A DNA stretch of 63,396 nt, the filler included, from Choristocarpus tenellus KU-1152 (lineage: Eukaryota > Protista > Phaeophyceae), in NCBI GenBank assembly GCA_964200185.2. It is 10 parts of 10 records of this genome, joined end to end, with 100 filler letters (N's around TTAATTAATTAA, not from the genome) between each part and the next. Parts side by side here need not be neighbours in the genome. Positions count along the whole stretch, not along the records: positions 1 to 8,695 come from CAXNAD020004438.1; positions 8,796 to 15,150 come from CAXNAD020008323.1; 8 more parts are not named here. The stretch is one strand, 5' to 3'. Shown here one piece after another: positions 1-12,500 of this stretch (within the stretch, counting starts at the first letter, position 1; each line of letters opens with the position of its first letter). The notes below the pieces were generated by a model. That model saw only the letters and a program-made list of their open reading frames with translations, was not told the origin of the DNA and ran no database searches. The translations under genes and the position numbers were made by a program.

Positions 1-7
1 GCTGAAT

Positions 8-25
8 TTGTACAGGTATTTTTGG

Positions 26-60
<35 letters not shown>

Positions 61-1933
61 ATGTCACAAACATATACCAGTGACATAATAGAGAGAGCTG
101 AAACAAAACACAAAATTGGCCAACCTCTCAAAGCTATTGTTCATACCCTACCCCTCCAAATATTTAAAAGAGGCGTGTCTACAGACAACAGAGCAACAAA
201 GCAGGCCTTCCAATTTCAAAGTCATACTTCAAAACAACCAACCAAAAAAAGTTTGACATGGCATACAGACCATGCACAAGATTTAAACAATGACACTCAC
301 ACCTAACTACCTATCATTCATGGGGGGAGACAACATCTCTCCACCAAGGGCATTCAATGACCAAGACATCAATACACAGCCCCTGCATCTCAAACTTCTC
401 ACTCTACAAACTAAATTCATCAAGATAATATACTAGTCTGGTAACACCAACATCATACAAAGCTTTAAAACTCAAAAACATCAAACATGCAATTATTGAC
501 ACAATCCAGCATCTTACCAACGAGCTTGTTCTCATGAAGACAACACTTTTTCAGTGCAACCAGTTTCCCAAGCTCCTTTGGAATATACCCTGTCAGCAAC
601 CAACATAGCAATGATTTGCCATGCTTCCACACTAAACAAACACCAGTCATGCTTCTCAAAAACATCACACTAAACAAACATAAAGTCCCCCCCCATCCAC
701 TACGATCTCGGACCAAAATATGTGAACATGAAGTTATTTATGTACTACTGAACACGGTTAGAAGAGATGTGTGAAGCACTCCCAATATACCTCAGTGTAA
801 AATACCCATAAAAATATCCATCGAAATACATGCCATCATTCACCTCCAAACTACTTCCATCATTGCACCAGAAAATCATACAAGCAATAAGTGGGGTATG
901 TGGAATATATAGAATTACAATTCATACAACATAGTAAACACAAGCCAAACCTACCCTCAACAACCCCAACACAAAACACACCTCCAGGGAGACTTGCATC
1001 ACAAAAATTGATCGAATGGTACCACTACACCTCTATAGGGTATACTGTGGTAGACAAATAGGGTGTCGCTTCTGATACCATGATGTGGTTGACAACTCTT
1101 TCTGGTACCACAAAAGATAACCATTGGAGCCCTCATACCCTTACAAAGTGCACCCCAAGCACAACCAGATGTTGCAAAAATACAAACCATTCCTCCCTTT
1201 CTATCATACACAAATCCTACAATATATGGGTTCACCTAAGGTTGTCCTACACTTGTCGCCTCTAACAGACATCACCGTGCTCTATCAACAACAAATCTTG
1301 ACCAGAGCATAAAAAAACAAAAAACACCTCTTACAACTTACGTACCAGGAAACACTCCCCATCAATGAGATATAATTAACAGATAAATTACCGTATATTT
1401 ACATTTACAACATCAGAACCAGCCATAGACAGTTCAACTACATCCCACAAAATGTCACAAATATGACAAATCTTGTCATTCTTCCTACAAAGGTGCAAGT
1501 GAGGAGTAAAAAGGGAGAGGGGCTGACATTGTACAGATATTCTTGGGGGTATGAGTATGTCACAAACATATACCAGTGACATAAGAAAGAGAGCTGAAAC
1601 AAAACAAAAAATTGGTCCACCTGTCAAGGATATCATTCTTACCCCACCCCTTCAAATATTTCAAAGAGGTGTGTGTACAAACGTCAGAGCAACAAAAAGT
1701 ACCTTCCAACAGAAAAGTCATACTTCAAAACAACCAAATAAACAAACTTCGACTTATCATACAGATCATGCACAAGATTTAAATATTGGCACTTCTAACA
1801 TCTATCAATTGTTTAGGGGGGAAGACACCATCTCTCCACCAAGACCAAGACATCAATACAAAGCCCCTGCATCTCAAACTCCTCACTCTGCAAACTAAAT
1901 CCATCAATATATTATGCTAGTCTGGTCACACCA
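8..1933. repeat. Diverged direct duplication of a ~400-440 bp intron segment (8-450 and 1529-1933)
   Basis: Shared blocks such as atgtcacaaacatataccagtgacataa, aagtcatacttcaaaacaacca and agcccctgcatctcaaact. Copy 1 carries a (TATGGG)n expansion at ~24-60. Confidence 0.92.
518..589 (-). CDS. 72-nt exon encoding one 24-aa plant-specific-type LRR (GYIPKELGKLVALKKCCLHENKLV)
   Basis: gacag|GG acceptor and TTG|gtaag donor enclose exactly 72 nt, phase 1-1. The peptide fits GxIPxELGxLxxLxxLxLxxNxLx, the exon architecture known from Ectocarpus LRR/ROCO genes. Confidence 0.9.
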
Positions 1934-3809
1934 GGTGTAAAACAGTTACATATTACATACACTAAAACACACCATTCGATCACACACCACAAACAAACAT
2001 CTCACAAAAACATTCAGGTCCACACTGTTCAACTAGTTTCATCTTTCAGCTATCATCCTTTGCAGACAATTCTTGAGAAAGTTTATACAACAGGAAATTG
2101 ATACCTGTAACAATATTATTGCAGAGTTACACCAACATGAGCCAACATGGGGGCAGTGCACAGATTCCCACAATTTGACATTCACCATCACCTACCCCCT
2201 CTACTGATCATTCCATTTCTGTCCTCATCCCAACATAAAAAAATCAGTAACCAACAACTATAGTACAAGTACACATTGGCTACTATGAAACCAAGTTTAA
2301 CCCCATGCAGTCATCTCCGGGTTAAAACCGGTTACCAACTCACCTCACTGGCCCTTCATTGTCCAATACTTTCCATAGAAAGTCGGCTATAAGCCGATAT
2401 AGTTGTTGTAAATGAGTCACAGAAGAAATTCTCTTTATCATTGCTTAAGAAGGTTGTCCAATCATTTTTGTCTTAGTGCTTGTTGTTCTTGATATTAGTA
2501 CAAACGAGGTTAGACAAAACATAGAGAAATTACTCGAAACCTGATACACGCAGAGAAATGACTTAGAAGAGTCTCGTAAGAGACACAAAGGAAAGGAAAG
2601 GAAAGGAATAAAGACCATCCTCACCACACTCAAGTCCCACGAACATATGCATGCAAATACATCAACACTAATTTGGAACCCAGCCACCACTCCAGCCTCG
2701 GTCTATTGTTTCCTGCGTCTCAAATTACTGACGTATTACACGCATCGGAAGTTCCATATTAAGAACGATTACCTCGCCTAGTCCACCTCGATATTAAAAA
2801 GCAAAAGCACGAGTGGTTTCCTTGGTACAAATATCAACAAACCTATTTTTCACAAGGCCACGTCAGGATGAACCCCATTGCATTTGGAACAAAAGACGGA
2901 AAACAAAGTGGCAAATAGAGCCAGTCCACTGAGCAAACCTCGGGCGCCAAGGGTATCAACTGCAAATTGAGCAAAATACCACCAAGACAACTCTCATCAG
3001 TTCAGTGTATGCAATCAGGAACAATAAACCTTCAACGACCATCGTGAGTACCATATTTTAAAAGATGAGGAATTTTGCAGATCGCCATCATGCGACATGT
3101 GTGTAACATCCGTAACACTGATCAAACTACAAAAAAAATAGAAACTTATACACGTCAAAAAGAATACCCATCGCTGAAAGTACAGTTCAAACTTATATTC
3201 CAACATCTCTGAAACATATTTCTGTGTCAACTGTGTCATATTGGGTCCTATCAAATGCAAGAGCCTTTCGGCATTTCCTCTCAGTAACAAAGTCGAAAAC
3301 TGAAAAAACATCTGCTCTGTCAATCAGTCCCCTTCACAGACTACATGCTCTGTCAATCAGCTTGAGTAGGATTACCTTATTGCCTGGGAGGAGTACTTCA
3401 TGTAAAAATGAAAGAAAACATAACAAAATAAAAACTCACCACGTCCTACAAAATCTGCTGTATAAAAGACTAGATACAAGGGAGCCAGATTGCTCGAACC
3501 TTACATGATTCGGGCAGTAATTCCCAAATGGAAACAAATATTAAGGATAAAAAAGCAATTATACCCAGAGAAAAATGCAAGACTGTCGTAGAATCACAAT
3601 GATGCTGTGGGGAAAACATAAATGAAAATATACTTTATCGCACCAGGGACATCATACAACAGATTCAAACCACATAATATAATTTGTTAATTACTGCTGT
3701 TGTGACGGGTCTCAAGCATACAACACAATTGTCATTACAATATACCTCCTAACCCGACTATCATCTGTAACAGGGAACAAGCATTTCGCAAGGTAAATGT
3801 TCAACTGAC

Positions 3810-4410
3810 CTTGAAGGTTGTTCCCACTCAAATCAAGCTTGGACACTCTCCCAGTGCTGTCCATCTCGACACCGTACCACTCTCCAACTGGAGCAGCACT
3901 ACCCCACTTCGAGTTATTCTTCCAAAACAAACCACTTGTAGCCTCATACAGGATCATGAGCACTTGTCGTTCAACCACCCCAGGTATGGCAACAAGCAGC
4001 CTGCTCGAGTTGAGCAAGGCTTGAATAATATCCGTCTTGTTGTCATACTCGGCGATATCCAGGTCTAGTTCATACGCCATATTGCACAGTTCCCTCAACG
4101 ATGTGCCAGCTAGCATGCTCTTAATTGCCTCACCCCCCACCTCAGGGTATTGCAGTACTACCTGAATTTCTGACGCACAGAAGAGGCCAAGCGTTGAAAG
4201 GAGTTGCTTATCCAACATGGAAAGAACCTCTACACTCTCGGGGGGGTAGAGATGGACAGACGTGATCAAGTCGAGCAGGTATGCTATTGCCCTTTGCCCT
4301 TCAGGTGTGGCAGCTTTTGCAGAGTTGGCCCATAGTGGAGATAGCCCTTGAACAATGTTCTTCAGCGGGCCTTGAATGACAAACTTCTTGCCCTTTGCTG
4401 GAGAGTTCAC
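3810..4410 (-). CDS. Exon ending in LRR N-terminal cap plus first LRR of a brown-algal LRR (possibly ROCO-type) protein
   Basis: Ends ERQVLMILYEATSGLFWKNNSKWGSAAPVGEWYGVEMDSTGRVSKLDLSGNNLQG, then a phase-1 donor caag|gtcagt compatible with the 72-nt exon. Acceptor tttgaag| at 4411. Confidence 0.88.
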
Positions 4411-4700
4411 CTTCAAAGAAAGAGGAATTATGAAACAGATGAGAGAAGGCACACCAGGTCAATGGAATTAACTTCCCATACAGTCACAATATTAGTACTG
4501 CAGTAGACCTTTTGAAAACACATTTTCATCAATTTGGTATTTTATTCCAGCCTCAATCAGACCTCTACCCTGAACACATGACACGTTGGTCAGAGTATAT
4601 ATGGATTGTACCTAGCAACTAAGGTAACCCTATGCCCTCAATTTTTGGTCTGCAACAGTGATCAAGGGCAGTGTCAACGATGCCCCAAGCTGCACAGAAA

Positions 4701-6077
4701 AAATCAGCCCTGTCCATAATAACAACAAACCATTTCCCATTCCCATTCATCATACCAAGCCTTGTTGTCACAATTACGTCGACATCCCATATGTCATATG
4801 GATTAGAGGGTCACCTTGCTATGCTTAATGTAACCAGCAGCCACAGCAATATAACCCCTGCTCTCATCTGAACCTCAACAGTGTGACCTTGCACTAGAGC
4901 GATATTGGCACTTCTGTCAGCTTCCATCAGGTATTGCACATCCCCTTCGCTGGCATCATAACTGTTCAAGCTGTTTTCTGCTACCTGAAGATGGGTATCC
5001 TGTACAAACAAAGGTGCATCAGGGATCAAATGTCAGGTTCAAAGAGGTTTGGAGTTAAAACCAAGCGATGCGAAGCTGAGATTGTTTGTACGACCTTTAT
5101 ATTCAATTCCAAAAACACTTGTCGTCAACATGTCAAAGCTTTGATCAAATGTACAATCAAACATGGGCTGTATATAATCTCTGAAATAATCAATAATCTT
5201 TAGAAACACACGTATGCGGTGACACACATGACGTATGCGATCACTATTGTACATGCATTCTTACCCTCAATACTTGGAGACTTGGCAGTGGCTTCTGAGA
5301 ACAAACTACAAACATTCACTTCAAAGGGCAAAACATTACACGTAACTACCTCATCCATACTACAGGACATAGTGAACAAGTGTACACAAAAACCCTAAAG
5401 AGGTAAGGGGGGGGCAGTTTACACTCAATAGGCATTGTAACATGATTCTGTGCACGCTGCATGTGCCAATATGGTAGTCATACTTCCAAGCACGAGAGGG
5501 CACTGGCACTACCTGATTATACAGCATAAAATGATACAGCAGGGTACATATATTTCGTAATCCTGTTTGCACACCCGACAACAGAGCGTTAACAGTATCA
5601 AAAAACAATGTTCATGCCTCTCACTTGCAAAGGTTTCTCCATAATGGCACATTCTTGGTAGGGTACTTTACCTCTTCAAAATGTATTCCTCCCTACCACG
5701 GGCAGGTACTGATTTTTCCTATTAACTCCAAACCTCTTTGAACCTGACATTTGATCCCTGATGCACCTTTGTTTGTATAGGATACCCATCTTCAGGTAGC
5801 AGAAAACAACTTGAACAGTTATGATGCCAGCGAAGGGGATGTGCAATACCTGATGGAAGCTGACAGAAGTGCCAATATCACTCTAGTGCAAGGTCACACT
5901 GTTGAGGTTCGGGTGAGAGCAGGGGTTATTGCTGTGGCTGCTGGTTACAGTAAGCATAGCAAGGTGACCCTCTAATCCATATGACATATGGGATGTCGAC
6001 GCAATTGTGGAAACAAGGCTTGGTATGATGAAGGGGAACGGGAAATGGTTTGTTGTTATTATGGACAGGGCTGATTT
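4701..6077. repeat. ~357-bp near-identical inverted duplication (4701-5058 and 5722-6077) containing a 126-nt exon-like block
   Basis: Reverse-complement match read by eye, with few substitutions. The same peptide LSIITTNHFPFPFIIPSL appears in ORFs 4671+ and 5883-. Confidence 0.95.
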
Positions 6078-7894
6078 AATTATTGTAAGTAGTGTGTACA
6101 TTTCGTAGGCTGAATTCGATAAATGACATGGAAACCAATCACAGAATCTAAGTGACTTTAATACAATTAATCATATAATACACAAACAGTATCTATTCAC
6201 CTTCCAGAAAAAATCATTTGCTGGCTATTCCATTGAGTGTATCAGCATGCTCACACTCTTCAAATTTATCATTGCAGCAGCTCCAACCACTTTGCAATCA
6301 CATGCGCTTCCACTTACTGCAGCAATCATATTCAAGTTTTTTCAAGCCCATTTAAATAATACTCAACAAAACATTTCGATTCCCAAATGTAGTACACTTC
6401 TAGTACAACACAAATGTCACCAATTTTGTTCAATATCCGAGTTACTCTATCACAATTGCATGGATACTATATATTTTTTGGAAAAAATAACCTTTTCATT
6501 TACTTTCCTGTTCTGTTAGGATCGAAAAAGAGAAATACTGTACTCAATTATAAACAGAAACTTTGAAATAATATAGTATAGCAAGGAAAAAATGAGAGGA
6601 TATTTGTCTGTTGGTGCCAGTAAGTGGCATGTGTATGTATTACCCTGCTTGAACAGAACTCTCTCATCTTGACCTTACAGAGGTTCATGATCAACATTTC
6701 AGAAGTCATTTCCCCCTACCCAGACAAACCTCTAATGCAGATATTTTCAACTGGTACTCAAAAGTCTCACTAGGCAAGCCTATAGTGGTAACTGAACCAC
6801 CCCCTCCAGCAACTCATTGCTTGAGTCTTTCTCCCACCTCCTACATTGATCAACAAACAACAGTATATGAAACATTCACAAGACACAAATACAACAACAA
6901 AACTCTTCGGTCACATAGTGCCATATCACCGAAAGCGATTGCTGGTGCGACACATTTAAGAAGGTATGGAAGTACACACCTGTAACATGTGCAGACTTGC
7001 AGACCCCCCACAAGCTTCTCGTGGAAGCTCATGTTTTCCTCTACAGAGGAAAAAACACACTGCCGCACTTCGTTGATTGCATGGGCCAACATATCACCCA
7101 CTTGATCCGCCACTTGAGTCTCATGGCGAGTCTAGTGTAGAGAGGTTCAGCAAAGGGGTACAAAGAGCACGAGTTGTGTCAAAGTCGCACCACAATAGTC
7201 CCATATCTGAACAAACCTAAAGGAAACGAACTTTTTGACACTTACGTCACAACATGCATTTCATATCCTGCATTCTCTAGCATTGAAAACCAGTAATACA
7301 TGGAAGATTCGCAGGTAGACAAGTTGCCTTGAGCGCGGAATGATACATCTTGCCACACTTGAGGAAAGTCGCTGCCCACAGAGCAGTGGGATGCACAGCT
7401 GTAGCATGGGCTGTGGTGCTCACGGAAATCTCTGTCAATGGTGACATGACGCCCAACTTGTGAACCGGTTAAGACTACATGTGGTGCTATGACAGCTGCT
7501 GTAGAAATATCGGCAAACGTGGCGGCGTGCATCTCTACCCTTTGGAAACGTCTTCCTTTAGGTGGTGCTTTCAGTTTCTCCGGTATTATTTACCATTTAC
7601 CAGACTTGGCAGTAAACAAGATGTGTTACACACATTTCAAAACCCTCTGCTTATCTCCTTTCTCAAAGTATTGATTGCTGTCGTGAGCTGTGCAGTATTC
7701 ATGCCGCCACTTGTTTGCTTCGACCTCGAAGAAGCTTTCAACACTAGGTCTCCACCCCACTCCACAAGGGCTCCATTGGCCTCCGAACAATCGTCCTCAC
7801 CACTATCTCCAGTCAGGTTTTTCCAACCCTTCTTGACCAGATTTGCACCTGCTCGTAGGGCAGCATATGCCAATGGACCCCCCAGAATTTCCAT
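4874..7894 (-). pseudogene. Probable 5' exons of the LRR gene (unknown N-terminal region), apparently disrupted
   Basis: Exon-like AG/GT blocks at 4874-4999, 5265-5305, 5625-5692, 6644-6715, ~6998-7132 and ~7246-7894. The first block needs a frameshift and has two in-frame TAA (7626-7628, 7590-7592). Some phases do not match. Confidence 0.5.
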
Positions 7895-7979
7895 CGTTTG
7901 TTAAATTTGGGATCTCGCTCGACCTGCAAGGTATTTACGCACAGCATTCTCAAGCAGGCAACGTTTGTTCATTAATAAC

Positions 7980-8026
<47 letters not shown>

Positions 8027-8470
8027 TGTATGCTGCTACTGGCATCGATTTAAGACCCAACTAAAAACAATATTCAGCCCACCAAGCAACTCGAACCTCA
8101 AAATGGGGATGTACTTCTATTGTCGTTTCCCTGTCGGTCTTCCACACACAGACATCATGGGGAGTGCACGTTCAAAGATGATTCACCAACCCCAAACAAT
8201 TTGTCTTCGATCGCATGTCCCACTCCACTTACTTGATAACACGATTGCACTCAACTCACCTGAAGTGCTGAGATTTACCGTTTACAGGAAAAGAAGATGT
8301 TGATAGTCCAGATCTTTAAGTTCACAATCCATGAATCGCAGGTGGTACAAGCTGTACTGGACAGATATGTTGCATAGATTGTTTACGCGCAGTACAATAG
8401 GGAAGTAGAGACTCCTCTAAAAAAACTCCCTTGTGTGTGTTGATGGAAGTATATCACCTACAACCAAAAA

Positions 8471-8509
8471 CCTGACACATCTGCAAAATGTCAGAGGGCA
8501 TAATAATAA
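8471..8509 (+). repeat. Dispersed ~35-bp hairpin repeat with TAA-rich end; copies at 33962-34001(+), 35692-35731(+), 36028-36070, 47406-47457(-), 47526-47583(-), divergent at 33241-33275(-)
   Basis: Consensus ccccCTGACAcatctgcaaaaTGTCAGagggca-taataa. Confidence 0.85.
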
Positions 8510-8695
8510 AAATATAAATACAGAAAACCAAGACAGATCACTTACACACGTTCTGGAAATACAAAGCTACTGATACAGACACTCAACGTAGTTCAATGTC
8601 CAGAGATTGTATGAAGGCAACAAATTTTGAACTAAGTGTGGAAAGCATGTTTGTCTGTTATTATACCGTTATTGCCGTATGTCATATACCGTTAT

Positions 8696-8795
8696 NNNNN
8701 NNNNNNNNNNNNNNNNNNNNNNNNNNNNNNNNNNNNNNNTTAATTAATTAANNNNNNNNNNNNNNNNNNNNNNNNNNNNNNNNNNNNNNNNNNNN
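8696..8795. other. Artificial contig linker; also 15151-15250, 19275-19374, 28706-28805, 33510-33609, 40717-40816, 46785-46884, 50469-50568, 54399-54498
   Basis: Identical 100-nt N44-TTAATTAATTAA-N44 spacer with stops in all six frames. Confidence 0.99.
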
Positions 8796-9513
8796 CCCCC
8801 AAGATACTTTGACCCCTATGCTGTTGTCTCTAGGCCAAAAGTTCAATTCAAGAAAGTGGAACGGAATCCTTCAGCTATGTAAATGTTCCTTAGATCGGCA
8901 CATGAGGGTGGAAAAAGGCAGGAGACTTTTTTGCTGTTTTGGGAACATGAATGGCACTTAGTCGTGAACATAAATAGCAAGCACCAAAGCTGAGAAAACC
9001 TGGAAATATCTAGGCTTTGCTGGTGGTGCAAAATCTCTGTTCTTGTGGTGACAAATTGCATCACATCGACAGCTGATACTGCAGCTCTACATTTTGCGTT
9101 TTTGTCAAGAGTGAGAATGCATTAACGAACCCAAACCATTTGTTCAGACCTTCACATCACGGGTGAGCTGCTTCTTGTACGTGCCCTGAACGTTCTGCAA
9201 TGTGTCTGTTACAGCCTCACAACGATCCAGAAGCTTTCGCCAAGAAATACGAATAATACTCTTTTGGTCCATCTCCTCCTAGAATACCCAATAAGAGAAA
9301 TCGTCCCAAAGTGGTTTTCAACGTTAAGAAAATGAGAATAATATTGAAAGCATGTTGCTCCTGATGACAATAGGAGTTCTTCTGGATAATTATCTAAGAA
9401 ACTCAACATACGAGCTACAAGAATGAATTTCATTGTTGTACTATGTCAACATACTCTAGTAAACGTAGAGATCAATTTTCATTTAGAAGAAGAGATTTTC
9501 CAGATTACCTCAC

Positions 9514-12500
9514 CTTGTCTATAAGTCCCCCTGACAGATATTGGTCCAACAACTGATACATGTCCAAGATAGGGCTGATCTCAAACTCGATGGTGGATTC
9601 TCGTTCACGAACCTGAACGAGATGGTCACTGAAAATTGTCGCATAATTTTAAGGCATTATACATCACTCGTTTTACTTATTTACAGGTGTCCATATTGCA
9701 TGTGGACCAACAAATGCAAGTAAGGAGTTCATATCCTCCGTATATATTTCCCGAAATGTCCAGTTCTATCCCTGAATGAGAGGTACATTGAATTACCCTA
9801 AGGGCCACCAATGGTGTTTCACTGTCTATCTTCAGGGAAGAAAATTCGCACAAACCATTGTAAGTACCTGAAAAAGTTCATATTTTTTTGGAAAGTATGA
9901 GAAAGGTATTATCAACACCAATTTTAAAGGATTTTTTTCTTCGTCAGGTTAGCTGCTTACCTCTTTGAGAACATTCATGACGTAACGGAGAGAGTCAAGG
10001 CCATCCACTTCAACATTGAGCCTGGTTATGGTGAGTCGGATATAATCCAGGAGGGCTACCATGCTATCTCGAGCTTTTCTGTGGACCTGCATATTGACAA
10101 TAGTAGAAGGTATGCAGCAGAAGTCATTGTAAGAGCTGACCCAATACATCCCAATACAAATGTGAAAAGGGGAACTGGTGGCTTGTCGTTGCCACTCCGG
10201 GTGACTTTGACTGGCTTCAACAGTACAAATTTCTGCTTTGGACTGGAGACCTGCTTGTGTCCCCACCCTGCTGAATTTTGGACAGTATAGCAAACTCTGA
10301 TATACGAGCAAGAGCATGAAGCTGTCGAAGTACTTAGAACAACACCACTACTCACCTTGTCAGCATATTGGACCTTCCACTGCCGACACTCACTGCCAAG
10401 TTGAAGCTTAAGATTTGCAGCATTGAGTGATAGGGCTCCGATATTCTTGAATGGGGGGATCATTTCTATCTCTCTCTCAACATGGCAGAACTTTGCAAGC
10501 TCGGCCTCGTAGTCGCAAATGGTTGGGTTTGACTCAACAAAGTTGCGGTACTGAACGTCCTTATCCTCCTTCCACAACCAATCATACTTTCGGAAACTGG
10601 ATAGGTAGTCACGAACCTGCACCACACCCATTTGGATAAGCAATATGAAAAGGAGGGATTATTGAGTTAGGCAGAGGAAGGCACGGTGGTAAGATCGACA
10701 TGTGCTCCAGAGGCATTGTTAGTTAATATCCTGTTGAGGGAGAATATGTTGGCAAAGGAAAGACAGATATATCCCAAAACCTTTTTGCTCTAGGGTGTGT
10801 CCTACAGGAGACTCGACGGTCAGGTTTGGGGTAAGCAATTGGAGTGATGGCTTCTACGTGTTGCTGCTTTGGAACATCAAGAGGTGAGGAAAATCTCTCT
10901 GCTGATTTTAAATTTTAGATGTGTATGCTGGAGTCATTGAGCATGACTACCAAGTTGCGAACATCCCGAGTTTGAAATCCAAGTGAAATTGACTCTCCCT
11001 CTTTCCCATTCCCCAGTCTTCTTGTATGTTAAGCGGCTCACAACACGGTGACAGTTTCGGGAGTGACCTTACACCTCCTTCGTAGTCCCGTACATGGCCC
11101 CTGTCACTAGAAGGACAGTCTTGACAATTTCAATATCTTGACCCAAAGCCTCAAAGAACGTGATGTGTTGGTCTTCAGGAATATCGCTTTCCCCCCAGTC
11201 CCGCATACGCTTGGCACACCTTTGTAATAGATGCAGTGATATATCACACAACAAGGGGATAACAAGAGGACAGCAAGGGATAACAACTGAATAATATATA
11301 ATCTTGTGTGTCCTCAGTGGTTGGACATTCACTCATCAGGTAACAACTATTGATGTGTATTCCCACATATATGTGTATTGCATATATGAAAGTAAGGACA
11401 ATCATCTTACTGTATCTCAGCATTGATTCATTGAATAATGATACATGGGATTGGAACATGGAGATACGATGTGTTCCTGGAGATTTGAGAATAACCACTG
11501 AAAGTTGTAGATGCAACTACGCTTATAGTGTGCCAGAATCCTGATAGTAATGTGCATGTTTGGGGACCCTAGCTTAGGTTCAATGAATTGACCACGTAGT
11601 AAGAGCTGCCTTGAGAGAAATACAAAGATATATAATGGGGCTACTATTTTGAAGCATGCCATCCTTCAGTGCTTGTGTTTTCCCTCACAACTGGATTTAA
11701 TCCGCCATGTCACCACTCACCCCAACACGCTAGTTGCTGCAGCATTGACATTTCTCTGGATGTCCTCCAGACTGGGGCTCAGTCGAACGCTTGGAACGCT
11801 GAGCTGAACATCCACCTCAAAGAATGGGCGCTCAATGAATAGAAACGAACTCCCCACCTATTTTCCGGGGAAGCATTTGGTTTCCAAAATTTACACATAA
11901 GACCTTTTACAACTTAGAAAAGGTATGAGATGAGTTTAGTGTCAACTGGAGCTGTTGTGTGCCTTAGAAGAGTGAGGAGATTTAAGCATGTATTGGTGGC
12001 GACGAGCAATACCTACATCTGGATGACTCCAGTACCGCCTTTCTTGTGAGTTTGAGAACGATTCACCCTTCAGAGAAAACAGTGCTAGTAGGAGTAGCAC
12101 TAATATCGATGCACCTTGGAGCAAGCTCTCTTCTTGATTTCCATGAGGCTCTGCTTCGTGCAAGTGAGGACTGCCTGGTACATCAGCCTATTGTAGTGCC
12201 TACGAAGGTCTTGGGTGACTCCCTTAGACTCTTCTGATGTTGAACCTCTCTGACCATCTGTTGCAACAGAGATAAGATCATCCACTGCTATCTCCACCTT
12301 CACATGGAAATATTTTTCAGTCAGCAAAGAAGATCGCTGAAGTAGCTTTAGAATTGTCAAATTGGGAACCATATATGTAGTCAAGTACTTACATATTGAC
12401 CTGGTAATAGCTCTTAAGTAGTCTAAGTTGCTACCAAATCGGAACATTTTGTACATGAATATTGATTATTCCTTCCAAATGAACATTGCTTGATTCTCAA

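Noticed and set aside
6644-6715. Second 72-nt exon as an LRR cassette
   Set aside because: Phase 0-0, and the peptide GEMTSEMLIMNLCKVKMREFCSSR lacks the LRR consensus.
7590-7628. In-frame TAA/TGA codons suggesting a variant genetic code or selenocysteine
   Set aside because: Dynein, TPMT, ATG4 and WNK exons read without internal stops and use normal TAA/TGA ends. The stops occur only in disrupted regions.
8471-8509. Hairpin as a SECIS element or terminator
   Set aside because: The stem is too short and lacks the proper AUGA/GA quartet spacing. Copies occur in both orientations away from gene 3' ends.
8740-8751. Recurrent TTAATTAATTAA palindrome
   Set aside because: Always centred in a 100-nt N spacer, so it is an artificial six-frame-stop linker. 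Neighbourhoods across linkers are meaningless.
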